This document shows, one piece after another, positions 46,810 through 56,834 of a DNA stretch of 64,000 nt (the first letter of the stretch is position 1; the number at the start of each line of letters is the position of its first letter). A model generated the notes under the pieces. It saw nothing but the letters and a program-made list of their open reading frames with translations, did not search any database and was not told where the DNA came from. Where the stretch lies: contig CBDCSU010000006.1 in NCBI GenBank assembly GCA_965221775.1, positions 992,001 to 1,056,000 on the forward strand, written 5' to 3'. The stretch is from Candidatus Latescibacterota bacterium (GTDB taxonomy: Bacteria; Latescibacterota; UBA2968; UBA8231). A program made the translations under genes and the position numbers.

Positions 46810-48255
46810 ATGCCCCCGCAGCGCCCGAACAGCGAACGTACCGAGCGCGGCAACAGCCGCTCCCGCTACCGCGGCAACCGCGACCGGCCCCCGGTCGTGC
46901 GTCAAGCGCCAACCCAGGACGGCGACGGTCTCCCCGAGCGCCCCGAGCGCTCTGAACGCCCCGAACGGCCGGAGAACGCCTCCGAGTCCAGGTCCCGGGT
47001 CGAGCGCCTGAACATCATCGAGCTGCAGGCGATGAACATCCTCGACCAGCAGGCGCTGGCCAAGGACCTCGGCGTGCTGGACTACCACTCGCTGCGCAAG
47101 CAGGAGCTGATCTTCTCGATCCTGAAGGCGCAGACCGAGCGCAGCGGCCTGCTCTTCGCCCAAGGCGTCCTCGAAGTCCTCGAGGAGGGCTTCGGGTTCC
47201 TGCGGTCCCCGACCTACAACTACCTGCCGGGACCCGACGACATCTACGTCTCCCACTCCCAGATCAAGCGCTTCAGCCTGCGTTCGGGAGACACGATCTC
47301 CGGACAGGTGCGGCCGCCCAAGAACGACGAGAAGTACTTCGCCCTGCTGCGCGTGGAGGCGATCAACTTCGAGGATCCCGAGGTCACGAAGAACAAGACG
47401 ATCTTCGAGAACCTCACGGCCCTGCATCCCCGGGAGCGGCTCCAGCTCGAGCACAATCCCAAGAACATGACCACGCGCATCCTCGACCTGCTCTCGCCCA
47501 TCGGCAAGGGGCAGCGAGGACTGATCGTGGCCCCGCCGTACACCGGCAAGACGATGCTGCTGCAGAACCTGGCCAACGCCATCACCACCAACCACCCCGA
47601 GTGCGTCCTCATCGTGCTGCTCATCGACGAGCGCCCCGAGGAGGTGACGGAGATGTCGCGCTCGGTCAAGGGCGAGGTGGTGAGCTCCACCTTCGACGAG
47701 CCGGCTACGCGGCACGTGCAGGTGGCGGAGATGGTCATCGAGAAGGCCAAACGTCTCACCGAGCACCGCCGCGACGTGGTGATCCTCCTCGACAGCATCA
47801 CCCGCCTGGCGCGGGCCTACAACGTGGTCACGCCCCATTCGGGACGCATCCTCACCGGCGGCGTCGACTCCACGGCCCTGCAGCACCCGCGCCGGTTCTT
47901 CGCGGCGGCGCGCAACGTCGAGGAAGGCGGCTCCCTGACCATCATCGGCACCGCCCTCGTCGACACGGGCAGCCGCATGGACGAGGTGATCTTCGAGGAG
48001 TTCAAGGGCACCGGCAACATGCAGGTCACCCTCGACCGGCGCCTGAGCAACCGCCGCACCTGGCCGGCCATGGACGTGACCGCCACGGCGACGCGCAAGG
48101 AGGAACTGCTGCTCTCGGAGTTCGAGCTCACCCGCTCCCACATCCTCCGCCGGATCCTCAACCAGATGGGGGTCGTGGAGGGCATGGAGTTCCTCCTCGA
48201 GCGCATGGACGGCACGACGTCGAACGAGGAGTTCCTCAAGGCGATGAACGACTGA
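46810..48255 (+). CDS. rho: Transcription termination factor Rho
   Basis: [48 protein letters not shown]. Confidence 0.98.
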   Translation: MPPQRPNSERTERGNSRSRYRGNRDRPPVVRQAPTQDGDGLPERPERSERPERPENASESRSRVERLNIIELQAMNILDQQALAKDLGVLDYHSLRKQELIFSILKAQTERSGLLFAQGVLEVLEEGFGFLRSPTYNYLPGPDDIYVSHSQIKRFSLRSGDTISGQVRPPKNDEKYFALLRVEAINFEDPEVTKNKTIFENLTALHPRERLQLEHNPKNMTTRILDLLSPIGKGQRGLIVAPPYTGKTMLLQNLANAITTNHPECVLIVLLIDERPEEVTEMSRSVKGEVVSSTFDEPATRHVQVAEMVIEKAKRLTEHRRDVVILLDSITRLARAYNVVTPHSGRILTGGVDSTALQHPRRFFAAARNVEEGGSLTIIGTALVDTGSRMDEVIFEEFKGTGNMQVTLDRRLSNRRTWPAMDVTATATRKEELLLSEFELTRSHILRRILNQMGVVEGMEFLLERMDGTTSNEEFLKAMND

Positions 48256-48315
48256 GCTTGCCGATACCGGGCCGTATCCTATTTTCCCGTCAGTGACTCG
48301 CAGCGAGCCGGAACG

Positions 48316-48633
48316 ATGAAACAAGACATCCATCCAGAGTACAAACCGGTCATCTTCTACGATGTCAGCGTCGACTTCAAGGTGCTGACGCGGTCGACGG
48401 CGACTTCCGACGAGAAGATGGCCTGGGACGACGGACAGGAGTACCCCGTCATCCGCTTCGACCTCAGCTCGGCGTCCCACGCCTTCTACACCGGCAAGGA
48501 GCAGCAGCTCTCCGAGAGGGGCGGCCGCATCGAGCAGTTCCGCCAGCGTTACGCGGGCTACAACGCCGGCAAGACGGACGAGGCGGAGGAGGCGCCGGCC
48601 GAGGAGCCGGCCGCCGAAGCGACCGACGGTTAG
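48316..48633 (+). CDS. rpmE: 50S ribosomal protein L31, type B (no zinc cysteines)
   Basis: MKQDIHPEY...SSASHAFYTG...GRIEQF. Confidence 0.93.
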   Translation: MKQDIHPEYKPVIFYDVSVDFKVLTRSTATSDEKMAWDDGQEYPVIRFDLSSASHAFYTGKEQQLSERGGRIEQFRQRYAGYNAGKTDEAEEAPAEEPAAEATDG

Positions 48634-48650
48634 CCGCCCCGGCGGCGACG

Positions 48651-48703
48651 ACGGGTGATGGGCGGAGGCGCACGCGGCGCTTCGGCCCATCACCCGTTTT
48701 TTG
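48651..48703 (+). terminator. Intrinsic terminator after rpmE
   Basis: ACGGGTGATGGGC...GCCCATCACCCGT followed by a T run. Confidence 0.85.
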
Positions 48704-48739
48704 TTTTCTCCGAAGGATGCCGCGGAGGAGGCGGCTGAC

Positions 48740-49816
48740 GTGCTCGAACGGCTGGAGGAGATCGAGGGGCGCTACGCCGAGCTCAACGAGCGGCTCTCCC
48801 GCCCGGAGGTGGCGCGCAACGCCGCCGAGTACCGGAAGCTGGCCCGGGAGGCGGGCGATCTCAAGGAGACCGTTGAGACCACGGCGCGCTACCGGGAGGT
48901 CCTGGCCCGCCGGGACGAGGCGCGGCAGATCCTCGCCGACGGCGGCGACGAGGAGCTCCTCGAGCTGGCGCGCGCCGAGCTGGAGACGCTCGACCCCGAA
49001 GCCGAAACCCTCACAGAGGCCCTCAAGCTGCTGCTGGTCCCCAGGGACCCCAACGACGCCCGCAACGCCATCGTCGAGATCCGCGCCGGGGCGGGCGGCG
49101 ACGAGGCCGGGCTCTTCGCCGCCGACCTCTACCGGATGTACGACCGCTACGCCGAGCGCCGCCGCTGGGCCATCGAACCCCTGTCGTCGAGCACCAACCC
49201 CGCCGGCGGATTCAAGGAGGCGGTCCTCCTGGTCTCGGGCGCCGGCGCCTTCGGGCGCCTCAAGTTCGAGAGCGGGGTGCACCGCGTGCAGCGGGTCCCC
49301 AAGACCGAGGCCAGCGGCCGGATCCACACCTCGGCCGCCTCGGTGGCGGTCCTGCCCGAGGCGGAGGACGTGGAGGTGGAGATCGATTCCGAGGACCTGG
49401 AGATCGACGTCTTCCGATCCGGCGGCCCCGGCGGTCAGAGCGTCAACACCACCGATTCGGCGGTCCGGGTCACCCACAAGCCCACGGGCCTGGTGGTCAG
49501 CTGCCAGGACGAGAAGTCCCAGTTGAAGAACAAGACCAAGGCCCTGAAGGTCCTTCGGGCGCGGCTTCTGGAGTTCCGGAAGGCGGAGCAGGAGGCGGAG
49601 CTGTCGCGGGAGCGCCGGCAGCAGATCGGCTCCGGGGACCGCAGCGACAAGATCCGCACCTACAACTTCCCCCAGGGCCGGGTCACCGACCACCGCGTCA
49701 AGCTCAGTCTCTACCAGCTCGAGGAGGTCCTCGACGGGGGCATCGATGCCTTCGTCGAGGAGCTGATCTCCGCCGAGCAGCAGCGCGTCCTGGCCGCCGG
49801 GCCCGCTCCGGGCTGA
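48740..49816 (+). CDS. prfA: Peptide chain release factor 1
   Basis: VPKTE (PxT), [14 protein letters not shown]; GGAGG before GTG. Confidence 0.97.
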   Translation: MLERLEEIEGRYAELNERLSRPEVARNAAEYRKLAREAGDLKETVETTARYREVLARRDEARQILADGGDEELLELARAELETLDPEAETLTEALKLLLVPRDPNDARNAIVEIRAGAGGDEAGLFAADLYRMYDRYAERRRWAIEPLSSSTNPAGGFKEAVLLVSGAGAFGRLKFESGVHRVQRVPKTEASGRIHTSAASVAVLPEAEDVEVEIDSEDLEIDVFRSGGPGGQSVNTTDSAVRVTHKPTGLVVSCQDEKSQLKNKTKALKVLRARLLEFRKAEQEAELSRERRQQIGSGDRSDKIRTYNFPQGRVTDHRVKLSLYQLEEVLDGGIDAFVEELISAEQQRVLAAGPAPG

Positions 49817-50685
49817 TGGCCGGCGACGGACGCCGCTGGAAACCCCTCGACCTGCTGCGGGAGGCCAGCGGCTTTCTCGGCTCACGGGGTCTCGACAGCC
49901 CGCGTCTCGAGGCGGAGCTGCTGCTGGCAGCCGCCCTCGGCGTCCGCCGCCTCGACCTCTACCTGCAGTTCGACAGGATCCTGACCGCCGCCGAGGTCGA
50001 GGCCTTCCGCGGCTTCGTGCGCCAGCGCCTGGCGGGGCGGCCGTCCCAGTACATCACCGGCGAGGCCGGGTTCCGCCTCCTCGACCTGCACGTGGACGAC
50101 AGCGTCCTGGTGCCCCGCCCCGAGACCGAGCTGCTCGTGGAGGAGGCCCTGGCCTTTCTCGGCGACGCGCCTCCGGGACCCGTCCTCGACCTGGGCTGCG
50201 GCGCCGGCGCCATCGCCATCGCCGTGGCCCGCGAGCGCGAGGGCGTCCCGGTGGTGGCCAGCGATCTGTCCCATGAGGCGCTGGTCCTGGCGCGGCGCAA
50301 CGCCCGGCGCCACGGCCTCGAGGACCGCATCCGCTTCGTGTGCGGGGACCTGTGCGCCCCCCTGGGCTCGCGGCGCTACCGGGCCGTGCTCTGCAACCCT
50401 CCCTACATCCCCACCGCCGATCTGGAGACGCTCGAGCCCGAGGTCCGCGACCACGAGCCGCGCCTGGCCCTCGACGGCGGCCCCGACGGGCTCGACCTGA
50501 TCCGCAGGGTCGCCGGGACCGTCCTGCCTCACCTGGAGCCGGCGGGCCGGCTGTTCCTCGAGATCGGGGCCTGCCAGTCCGAGGAGGCTTCCCGCCTGGT
50601 CCGCGAGGCCGGCTTCGGCGAGCCCGAGGTGCGTCCCGACACGGCCGGCCTCCCCCGGCTGATCATCGCCGCGGCGCCTTCCTGA
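49816..50685 (+). CDS. prmC: Release factor glutamine methyltransferase
   Basis: LVPRPETE, LDLGCGAG, NPPY, ALDGGPDGL. Confidence 0.96.
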   Translation: MAGDGRRWKPLDLLREASGFLGSRGLDSPRLEAELLLAAALGVRRLDLYLQFDRILTAAEVEAFRGFVRQRLAGRPSQYITGEAGFRLLDLHVDDSVLVPRPETELLVEEALAFLGDAPPGPVLDLGCGAGAIAIAVAREREGVPVVASDLSHEALVLARRNARRHGLEDRIRFVCGDLCAPLGSRRYRAVLCNPPYIPTADLETLEPEVRDHEPRLALDGGPDGLDLIRRVAGTVLPHLEPAGRLFLEIGACQSEEASRLVREAGFGEPEVRPDTAGLPRLIIAAAPS

Positions 50686-50888
50686 TCCCCGGCGGCGCCG
50701 CCCGCCGACGCACCGCCGGCGCGTGAGCCCCGGTTCACGCCGATGTCTCCCGCTCCACACGGACCCCTCCCGGCGAACCGGAGCCGCGCCGGATCACAAC
50801 CCTTTGATATTGCTGGTGTTGCGTGGGGAGCCGGCAGCTTCCCGGAGATGGCACGTTCCTTGATTCGGTCTTTCCGGCGTGAATTCCC

Positions 50889-50928
50889 TTGACAAGATGC
50901 ACAAATCTGCACTATTCTTTTGTGCATC
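50889..50928 (+). promoter_or_regulatory. recA promoter overlapped by a 10-bp-arm inverted repeat
   Basis: TTGACA at 50889, TATTCT at 50913; GATGCACAAA-N13-TTTGTGCATC. Confidence 0.7.
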
Positions 50929-50993
50929 GACGAGGTGCCAACTCCAGGCGGGCCGTCAGGCTCGCGGCCCCACCCTTCAAAAGGAGTCAAGCG

Positions 50994-52091
50994 ATGGTCT
51001 CCAAGAGCACCGGCGACGCACCGAAGGACAAGCAGAAGGCCATGGATCAGGCCCTCGCCCAGGTGCAAAAGCAGTACGGCAAGGGCGCCATCATGCGCCT
51101 GGGCGAGTCCCAGGTGGTCGACGTCGACGTCATCCCTACGGGGTGTCTCTCCCTCGATGCCGCTCTCGGCATCGGCGGCCTGCCGCGCGGCCGGGTCATC
51201 GAGATGTTCGGCCCCGAGTCGGCGGGCAAGACGATGTGCGCCCTCACCGCGGTCGCCCAGGCGCAACAGCGCGGGGGCACGGCCGCCTTCATCGACGCCG
51301 AGCACTCCCTCGACGTCGGTTTCGCCCGCCGCCTCGGCATCGACGTCGAGAATCTCCTGGTCTCCCAGCCCGACTGCGGCGAGGAGGCGCTGGAGATCAC
51401 CGACACGCTCGTCCGTTCCGGCGCCATCGACGTGGTCGTCGTCGACTCGGTGGCCGCCCTCGTGCCGCGCGCCGAGCTCGAGGGAGAGATGGGAGACTCC
51501 CAGATGGGCCTGCAGGCCCGGCTCATGTCCCAGGCCCTGCGCAAGCTCACCGGATCGATCCAGAAGTCCCGCACCACGGTGATCTTCATCAACCAGCTGC
51601 GCATGAAGATCGGCGTCATGTTCGGCAACCCGGAGACGACCACCGGCGGCCGGGCCCTGTGCTTCTACGCTTCCGTCCGCCTCGACATCCGCGGCATCGG
51701 CACCATCAAGGATGGGGAGGAGGTCATCGGGCGGCGCACGCGCATCAAGGTGGTCAAGAACAAGGTGGCGCCGCCCTTCCGCGAGGCCGAGTTCGACATC
51801 ATGTTCCGCGGCGACGACGTGGGCATCTCCCGCGAGGGCGACCTCATCGACCTCGGCGTGCAGCACCGGGTCGTCGACAAGAGCGGCACCTGGTTCTCCT
51901 ACGGCGGCGAGCGCCTCGGCCAGGGCAAGGAGAACGCCCGCCTCTTCCTGCGCGAGAATCCCCAGCTCGCCGGTCAGATCGAGGACGAGGTGCGCCACCT
52001 GCTGGAGATCCCGCTGCCGGGGACGGACCCGCGCCCGGGCGGCGACGACACCGAGGCGGCCCCCGCCAAGGCACAGAAAGCGGCGGCCTGA
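50994..52091 (+). CDS. recA: Recombinase A
   Basis: [43 protein letters not shown]; AAGGAG RBS. Confidence 0.98.
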   Translation: MVSKSTGDAPKDKQKAMDQALAQVQKQYGKGAIMRLGESQVVDVDVIPTGCLSLDAALGIGGLPRGRVIEMFGPESAGKTMCALTAVAQAQQRGGTAAFIDAEHSLDVGFARRLGIDVENLLVSQPDCGEEALEITDTLVRSGAIDVVVVDSVAALVPRAELEGEMGDSQMGLQARLMSQALRKLTGSIQKSRTTVIFINQLRMKIGVMFGNPETTTGGRALCFYASVRLDIRGIGTIKDGEEVIGRRTRIKVVKNKVAPPFREAEFDIMFRGDDVGISREGDLIDLGVQHRVVDKSGTWFSYGGERLGQGKENARLFLRENPQLAGQIEDEVRHLLEIPLPGTDPRPGGDDTEAAPAKAQKAAA

Positions 52092-52213
52092 CGCCCTTCC
52101 TCCACGGAGCGGCCCCCGCGTCCTCCCGCCCGGAGGGTTTCCGGGAATCCTGACCGCGGCGGCCGCTCCCCCCTCCCCCCTGCTCCCCGGCCTCCCCCTG
52201 TGGCCCTCCCCTG

Positions 52214-52258
52214 CGAGAGGGGCTGTCGCTCGACTCGACAGCCCCTCTCGTTACATTT
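52214..52258 (+). terminator. Perfect 15-bp stem hairpin downstream of recA
   Basis: CGAGAGGGGCTGTCG-N7-CGACAGCCCCTCTCG then TTACATTT. Confidence 0.6.
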
Positions 52259-52267
52259 CGGCAGGCC

Positions 52268-52603
52268 ATGGATCCCAACTGGGTCGTCAAGAAAAACGAG
52301 TGGTCGTCGGAATCCGCCGGCGCCATCCCCTTCCTGGAGGCCGTGCGCGTCCTGTTCGCCGTGCACGAGCTGGTCGAACGGTTCCCCGTGCTCCTCGAGT
52401 ACCACCTGCGCAGCGACATCCGCCGCCGGGTCTCGGCCTCCGGCCTGCGCTCCGTCCGAGGCGACTTCCACGTGCAGACGATCTGCCGCTACCTGGAGCA
52501 GTCCTCCGAGGGGGTCTTCGTCATCGAACGCCACCTGCCCCCCGACCTGGAGGAGGACCGGGCCCTCCTGCTGCAGGCCCTCGAGCAGGCCGGGGGAGCC
52601 TGA
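52268..52603 (+). CDS. Hypothetical protein (111 aa)
   Basis: Strong GC3 bias; TGATG coupling to hpt. Confidence 0.7.
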   Translation: MDPNWVVKKNEWSSESAGAIPFLEAVRVLFAVHELVERFPVLLEYHLRSDIRRRVSASGLRSVRGDFHVQTICRYLEQSSEGVFVIERHLPPDLEEDRALLLQALEQAGGA

Positions 52604-53139
52604 TGGCCGCCGCCGTCCGCGTCCTCTTCGACGAGGGCGCCATCGCCAGGAGGGTGTCGGCCCTGGCCTCCCAGATCGCCGCCGACCACGGCGGCAGGCC
52701 GCCCGTGATCGTGGGCATCCGCAACGGGGCCGTGCCCTTCATGATGGATCTGCTCCGCGCCCTCCCGGCCCCCTGGCGCCCCGGCCTCGTCTTCGACTTC
52801 CTCGACGCCGCCTCCTACGCGGGATCCCGGTCCATCGGCGACGTGCGTCTGGCCGGGGACCTCGTCGTCTCCGTCGAGGGACAGGAGGTTCTCGTCGTCG
52901 ACGGCATCGTCGACACGGGCCGGACGATGGAGGCCGTGCTGAATCACCTCCGGGGCAAGAAGCCCTCCCAAGTCCGCGTCTGCACCCTGCTGGACAAGCC
53001 CAGCCGCCGCAGCGTGCCCGTGCCGATCGACTACCGCGGCTTCGAGGTGGAGGACCTGTTCGTCGTCGGCTACGGGATGGATCTCGACCAGCGCTTCCGC
53101 GGCCTGCGCCACATCGGCGTCGTCGAAGAGAGTGACTGA
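52603..53139 (+). CDS. hpt: Hypoxanthine phosphoribosyltransferase
   Basis: ASYAG, VLVVDGIVDTGRT, LLDKP, FVVGYGMD. Confidence 0.92.
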   Translation: MAAAVRVLFDEGAIARRVSALASQIAADHGGRPPVIVGIRNGAVPFMMDLLRALPAPWRPGLVFDFLDAASYAGSRSIGDVRLAGDLVVSVEGQEVLVVDGIVDTGRTMEAVLNHLRGKKPSQVRVCTLLDKPSRRSVPVPIDYRGFEVEDLFVVGYGMDLDQRFRGLRHIGVVEESD

Positions 53140-53298
53140 AGCGGCCGGCGTCGGCTGCCCGGGCGCCATTTGCGATGCCCGCGGCATCCCCTGAAATTCG
53201 CACAAGCCGGGGCCGGCGGAGGGGACGAACCGACACGGCCGGCCAGCGGCGATCCCGGCGCCCCCGAGAGGCGCCGCCCCTCCATCCGGAGAGCAATC

Positions 53299-54162
53299 AT
53301 GGCCGAAACGAAATCCCCAAGGAAGCGCGGCAAGACCCCCCTGATCCTGTTGTCCCCTGCCAAGTCCCTCGACTTCGAGACGCCGGCGCCAACGAAGAAG
53401 GCCGGGATCCCCCGGTTCCTGGACGATCAGACGGGAGAGCTGGCCGGGCTCCTCAAGGAGAAGACCGCCGTCGAGCTGGCAGGGCTGATGAGCCTGAGCG
53501 CGAGGCTGGCAGAGCTCAACTTCCGCCGCTACCAGAGCTTCGACCCGGCCGTCGTCCGCCGACAGGCGAAGAAGGCCGGCCAGACCGGGGGCCGCGGCCG
53601 GGAGGCCACTCCCCCGACGGCCAAGCAGGCCCTGTGGGCCTTTACCGGGGACGTGTACCAGGGCTTCGACGCCCCCTCCCTGAAGGGGCGGAACATCGAC
53701 CGCGCCGACCAGCGCATCCGCATCCTCTCCGGCCTCTACGGGTATCTCAGGCCCCTCGACCTGATGCTCCCCTACCGGCTGGAGATGGGCACCCGGCTGG
53801 AGACACCCCGGGGCCGGGATCTCTACCAGTTCTGGGGCAGCGCCATCACCGAGGGCCTGGCCGAGGAGGGACCGCCCTGGATCTGCAACCTGGCGAGCAA
53901 GGAGTACTACCGGTCGGTGCGCGAGAAGGAGCTGCCCTGTCCGGTGGTGCACCCGGTCTTCCAGGACGAGTCGGGGGGGACCTTCAAGGTGCTGGGCATG
54001 TTCGCCAAGCACGCCCGCGGTCTCATGGCCCGGTGGCTGGTCGACAACGACGTGCGGGACCCGGGGGAGCTGCCGGAATTCGATGGCGGCGGCTACCGCT
54101 TCAACGCCCCTGATTCGACCCCGTCGGCGCCTGTATTCAGACGCCCGGCGACTGCCAGGTAG
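53299..54162 (+). CDS. yaaA: Peroxide stress protein YaaA
   Basis: LLSPAKSL, F.GDVY, ILSGLYG.LRPLD, YRLEMG, NLASKEY, AKHARG. Confidence 0.93.
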   Translation: MAETKSPRKRGKTPLILLSPAKSLDFETPAPTKKAGIPRFLDDQTGELAGLLKEKTAVELAGLMSLSARLAELNFRRYQSFDPAVVRRQAKKAGQTGGRGREATPPTAKQALWAFTGDVYQGFDAPSLKGRNIDRADQRIRILSGLYGYLRPLDLMLPYRLEMGTRLETPRGRDLYQFWGSAITEGLAEEGPPWICNLASKEYYRSVREKELPCPVVHPVFQDESGGTFKVLGMFAKHARGLMARWLVDNDVRDPGELPEFDGGGYRFNAPDSTPSAPVFRRPATAR

Positions 54163-54478
54163 GTCCACCCACCCCAAGGCGGGCCCCGCCGAGGCCGGGG
54201 AGAGCGGAGCGGTCTCGGGCGCCCGGCGGCGGTTCGGTCCGTGGAGCCTTCGGGGCGCGCCCACCTTCCGGGAAGGGTTGGGCCGGCCGGGGCAGCGGCG
54301 GCCTCGAGGGCTTCGCATCGCTGTTGGCGCGGCGCAGAGCTCCTGGATCGGTCGGCCTGGGAGTTGCGCCAGCTCCAGAGACGCCGTGCGCCTGGTCCCT
54401 GGTCCTGCCGGGACAGTCTCTCCGCCGCCAGACGCCCTCCCGCCCGGTGCCCCGGCGAGATCCGGCAGGGCTTCCCGG

Positions 54479-55321
54479 TCAGCCGTGCAGACCCGTCTCC
54501 CGGAAGGCCCGCTGGAGGGTCCGGTGGCAGAGCGCCGCGGCCTCCATGGGATCGTACCCCGGCCGGCGGTGGACGGCCATGCTCACCTCCGCGGTGACGC
54601 AGCCCGCGTAGCCGGCGGCATCCATCCGCCGCAGGTAGTCGCAGTAGTCGAAGGGCCCCTCCCCCGGGATCAGGAACTCGAAGTCGGGCACGCGCCCCCG
54701 CTGGTCCTTCACGTGGGTGTGCGCCGCCCACGGCGCCAGCAGCTCCACGCTGCGTCCCGTGGGGATGCCGCTGACCTCGAAGTGGCTGATGTCGAAGTTG
54801 AGCCGCAGGTGCGGCGAGTCCACCTGCCGCAGCAGCTCGACGATCTTCCCGGGCTGCTCGCACAGTCCGTCGCCGATGTGCGGCTCCAGGGCCAGGACCA
54901 CCCCCCGGGACGCGCAGTAGTCGACGATCTCGCCCAGCCGCTCGAGGACGAAGCCCTCGCCGCCGTTCCAGGTCTCCGGCGTGCTGCCGAGGACGCTGTC
55001 GACAACCGGGGGGCCCTGGGGTCCGGCCCAGTCGACGCAGAGGTCGACGGCGCCCGTGAGCCGGCGCCAGTTCTCGGCGTGGGCGTCCGCCTCCGGGCTG
55101 AGCAGGCTGGAGTGGCCGCCCACGGCGGTCAGCTCGAGGCCGTGCTCGTCGAGGAGGCGCCGGATGCGCCGGCGCTCGGCGGCGTCGAGGGTGTCCAGCT
55201 CGGTGGTGAAGCCGCGGATGACGGCGATCTCGACGCCGTCGAAACCGAGCCCCGCCAGGTGCCGCAGGGCATCGTCGATGGGCACCCGCGGCATGCCCCA
55301 GGTGGTGTAGCCCATCTTCAC
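54479..55321 (-). CDS. Sugar phosphate isomerase/epimerase (TIM barrel)
   Basis: GFDGVEI, LALEPH, FDISH, HTHVKD, PGEG. Confidence 0.88.
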   Translation of the reverse strand: MKMGYTTWGMPRVPIDDALRHLAGLGFDGVEIAVIRGFTTELDTLDAAERRRIRRLLDEHGLELTAVGGHSSLLSPEADAHAENWRRLTGAVDLCVDWAGPQGPPVVDSVLGSTPETWNGGEGFVLERLGEIVDYCASRGVVLALEPHIGDGLCEQPGKIVELLRQVDSPHLRLNFDISHFEVSGIPTGRSVELLAPWAAHTHVKDQRGRVPDFEFLIPGEGPFDYCDYLRRMDAAGYAGCVTAEVSMAVHRRPGYDPMEAAALCHRTLQRAFRETGLHG

Positions 55322-55329
55322 GGGGCGGC

Positions 55330-56262
55330 CTACACCCGGTTGAGGAAGTCCGCCTCGGCCTGCAGCACCTCGGCCGCATCGAAACCCGGCTCTCCGGGCC
55401 CCGTCTTGGCGCTGCACTTCATCCCCAGGAAGGCGGGCTCCGTCGACCGGCCCAGCCGCTCGGCGCAGGCCTCGCCGTCGGCCAGGGTGAAGCCGCTTTC
55501 CGGGTCGAGGTGCGAGTTGTGACCGTCGGCGAAGCCGTCGGGCGTGGCCGCCGCCCCGGACAGAATCACGCCGGCCAGGGGCACGGGCGAGGCCAGGACC
55601 TCCTCCACCACGTCCAGGGGCCGGTCGCCGTTGATCAGCAGGCGGCCCCAGTTGATCACCGCCGATACCGGCGGCCCCCCCGGGGCGTTGGCCGCGGCCA
55701 CCGCCTCAAGGAGCTGGGCCGTGTTCAGGGAGGCCTTCTTGGCGCTCGGGAAGGGGATGGCGTGATCGGCGGCCAGACTGTCGGTGATCTCCACGGCGAG
55801 GCGGCAGTCGGGCAGGACCGCGGCGAGGGCGCCGCGCAGCTCCAGCAGGCTCCGGTAGAGGGACACGGAATGGGCCACGGGGCCGCCGGTCCGCTGCCCC
55901 ACGTGGACCTCCAGGGCGGCGATGCCGATGCCTTCGCCCTGCAGACGCAGGCACTGCTGGATCACCGACTGCGCGTCGAGGACGGCCTCGCGCCGGCCCC
56001 GCTCCTCGGTCGAGCCGAGGCCGTAGGCGACGTTCGACTGCCCCTTGCCGGCCCACTGGGCGACCAGGGTCACCACCAGCGACGCCGAGACCTCGGAGAA
56101 CACCTCCTGCAGGGGCTCGCTCAGCGGCGTCCCGGCCAGCAGCGGGATCTCGAAGCAGCTCAACTTCCATTCGCCGGCGGCGTGGCGGTACCAGCCGGCC
56201 TGCTCATCGGGCGGCAGAGCGCCGATGGCGGCGTAGGCGCCCAGGACCTTCCTGTCGATCAC
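55330..56262 (-). CDS. DUF4862-like TIM-barrel protein
   Basis: GAYAA, FEIP, YGLGS, INWGR, ILSGA, DGH motifs. Confidence 0.7.
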   Translation of the reverse strand: MIDRKVLGAYAAIGALPPDEQAGWYRHAAGEWKLSCFEIPLLAGTPLSEPLQEVFSEVSASLVVTLVAQWAGKGQSNVAYGLGSTEERGRREAVLDAQSVIQQCLRLQGEGIGIAALEVHVGQRTGGPVAHSVSLYRSLLELRGALAAVLPDCRLAVEITDSLAADHAIPFPSAKKASLNTAQLLEAVAAANAPGGPPVSAVINWGRLLINGDRPLDVVEEVLASPVPLAGVILSGAAATPDGFADGHNSHLDPESGFTLADGEACAERLGRSTEPAFLGMKCSAKTGPGEPGFDAAEVLQAEADFLNRV

Positions 56263-56834
56263 GGTTGACTCCTCTGTGGGGGATGGTCGGCGGTGGCGGC
56301 TTCCAGCTTCACCGCCGCCCAGCTGCTGCCGCTCACCGACGTGGCGGCGGCGGCCAGGATCTCGACTTCATAGAAGTGGGCCGGTCCGAGAGCGCGCAAC
56401 TCCATGTTGTCGGCCCGCGCCCCGGCGGGCAGCTCGATCTCGACCCAGTCGTTCGCGACGCGGGAGAAGTCGTCGACCCGGGCGGTCTGCTCTCCCGGGG
56501 GATCGCGCACCGCGCCCTCGTCCTCGAGATACCCGCCCGCGAAGGTGCGGACCTGGTAGTCGTTGGCGATCTCGCCGACGCGGATGCGCACGCCTTCGAT
56601 CTCGCGGATCCCGCGCCAGGCGAAGACCAGGATGCCCTTGGAGTTCCAGACGAAGGGCCGGGCGCCGGCCTCGGGCGGGACCAGGCCGTCGGTGAGCCAA
56701 GCCGGGTCGCCCTCGTGCTCGTTCCAGGTGGTGGCCCGGGTGAGGGCGTCGACGGCGACGTTGCGGCCGGCCTCGGCGGGCAGGAGGAGGACGAGCAGGG
56801 GCAGACCCGCCCACCAGGGGCGGAAGGGAGGCAT
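56259..56834 (-). CDS. Secreted protein with discoidin/F5-8-like fold and TSV...SWAAVK tail
   Basis: Signal peptide, RNVA...LTDG, FYEVEI, C-terminal motif. Confidence 0.7.
   Translation of the reverse strand: MPPFRPWWAGLPLLVLLLPAEAGRNVAVDALTRATTWNEHEGDPAWLTDGLVPPEAGARPFVWNSKGILVFAWRGIREIEGVRIRVGEIANDYQVRTFAGGYLEDEGAVRDPPGEQTARVDDFSRVANDWVEIELPAGARADNMELRALGPAHFYEVEILAAAATSVSGSSWAAVKLEAATADHPPQRSQP

Noticed and set aside
50849-50864. sigma54-like TGGCACGTTCCTTGAT upstream of recA
   Set aside because: The conserved -12 GC is GA, and a good sigma70 promoter lies just downstream.
54163-54478. GC-rich 315-bp intergenic gap (also 1660-1849 and 10882-11216) as ncRNA or MITE
   Set aside because: No terminal repeats, second copies or recognisable RNA motifs were seen.
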